From Azolla caroliniana (taxonomy: Eukaryota > Plantae > Polypodiophyta): a stretch of DNA of 64,000 nucleotides. Of this stretch, positions 63,725 through 64,000 are shown one piece after another. Every line of letters begins with the position of its first letter. The stretch's first letter is position 1. Location of the stretch: the NCBI GenBank assembly GCA_043228905.1, contig JBHGNT010000016.1:5022001-5086000 (forward strand), read 5' to 3'. Made by a program: the position numbers and the translations under genes. The notes under the pieces were generated by a model. That model had not been told where the DNA came from, ran no database searches, and saw only the letters and a program-made list of their open reading frames with translations.

Positions 63725-64000
63725 ATGTCAGGTTCATTTCAAGAAGGTGGGCAACAATCACTTTCTTATTTGTCGGCCAATTTGGGACATAACAAGATGT
63801 AGGATTCGGCGTGTAATAGCTAAGGCATGTTCAATAGTTTATATTTCTAACTTGTAGGATCCGTAGCGCGTCTAATTTCTAATTAGAAGGTTGCATGTTC
63901 GATTCAAGTCGGGTTCGTTTTAGGAAAATCGACCACAATGACGGTCTTTTCGGTCGGCCTCCTTGGGCCTTAACAATATGTAGGATTTGTTATGCAATAT
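63725..64000 (+). repeat. tRNA-Trp-derived tandem array, segment 6 (continues beyond the window)
   Basis: Parallels ~46810-47080. Confidence 0.95.

Overview
Plant nuclear heterochromatin, most likely from a non-seed plant such as a fern or bryophyte (inferred from the retroelement types). No intact cellular protein-coding gene is visible. The backbone is a tandem array of ~190-200 bp monomers, each made of a plant tRNA-Trp(CCA) gene plus a spacer. Most copies are decayed, a few are intact, and they are arranged in a ~1.9-2.5 kb higher-order pattern. The array is interrupted by three full-length Copia elements, a Copia solo LTR and three Gypsy-type elements. One Gypsy carries a Sola2-like DNA transposon (~10.9 kb net, with a RING-H2 cargo gene), which in turn holds a fourth Copia. 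The main observation is the Gypsy at 57019-63724: its primer-binding site is complementary to tRNA-Trp, and it sits in the ACGT at the 3' end of a tRNA-Trp-derived unit. A related but distinct element (44270-46809) occupies the equivalent ACGT in another higher-order copy, in the opposite orientation. This suggests a tRNA-Trp-primed, tRNA-Trp-array-targeting retrotransposon lineage. All coordinates were read by eye.
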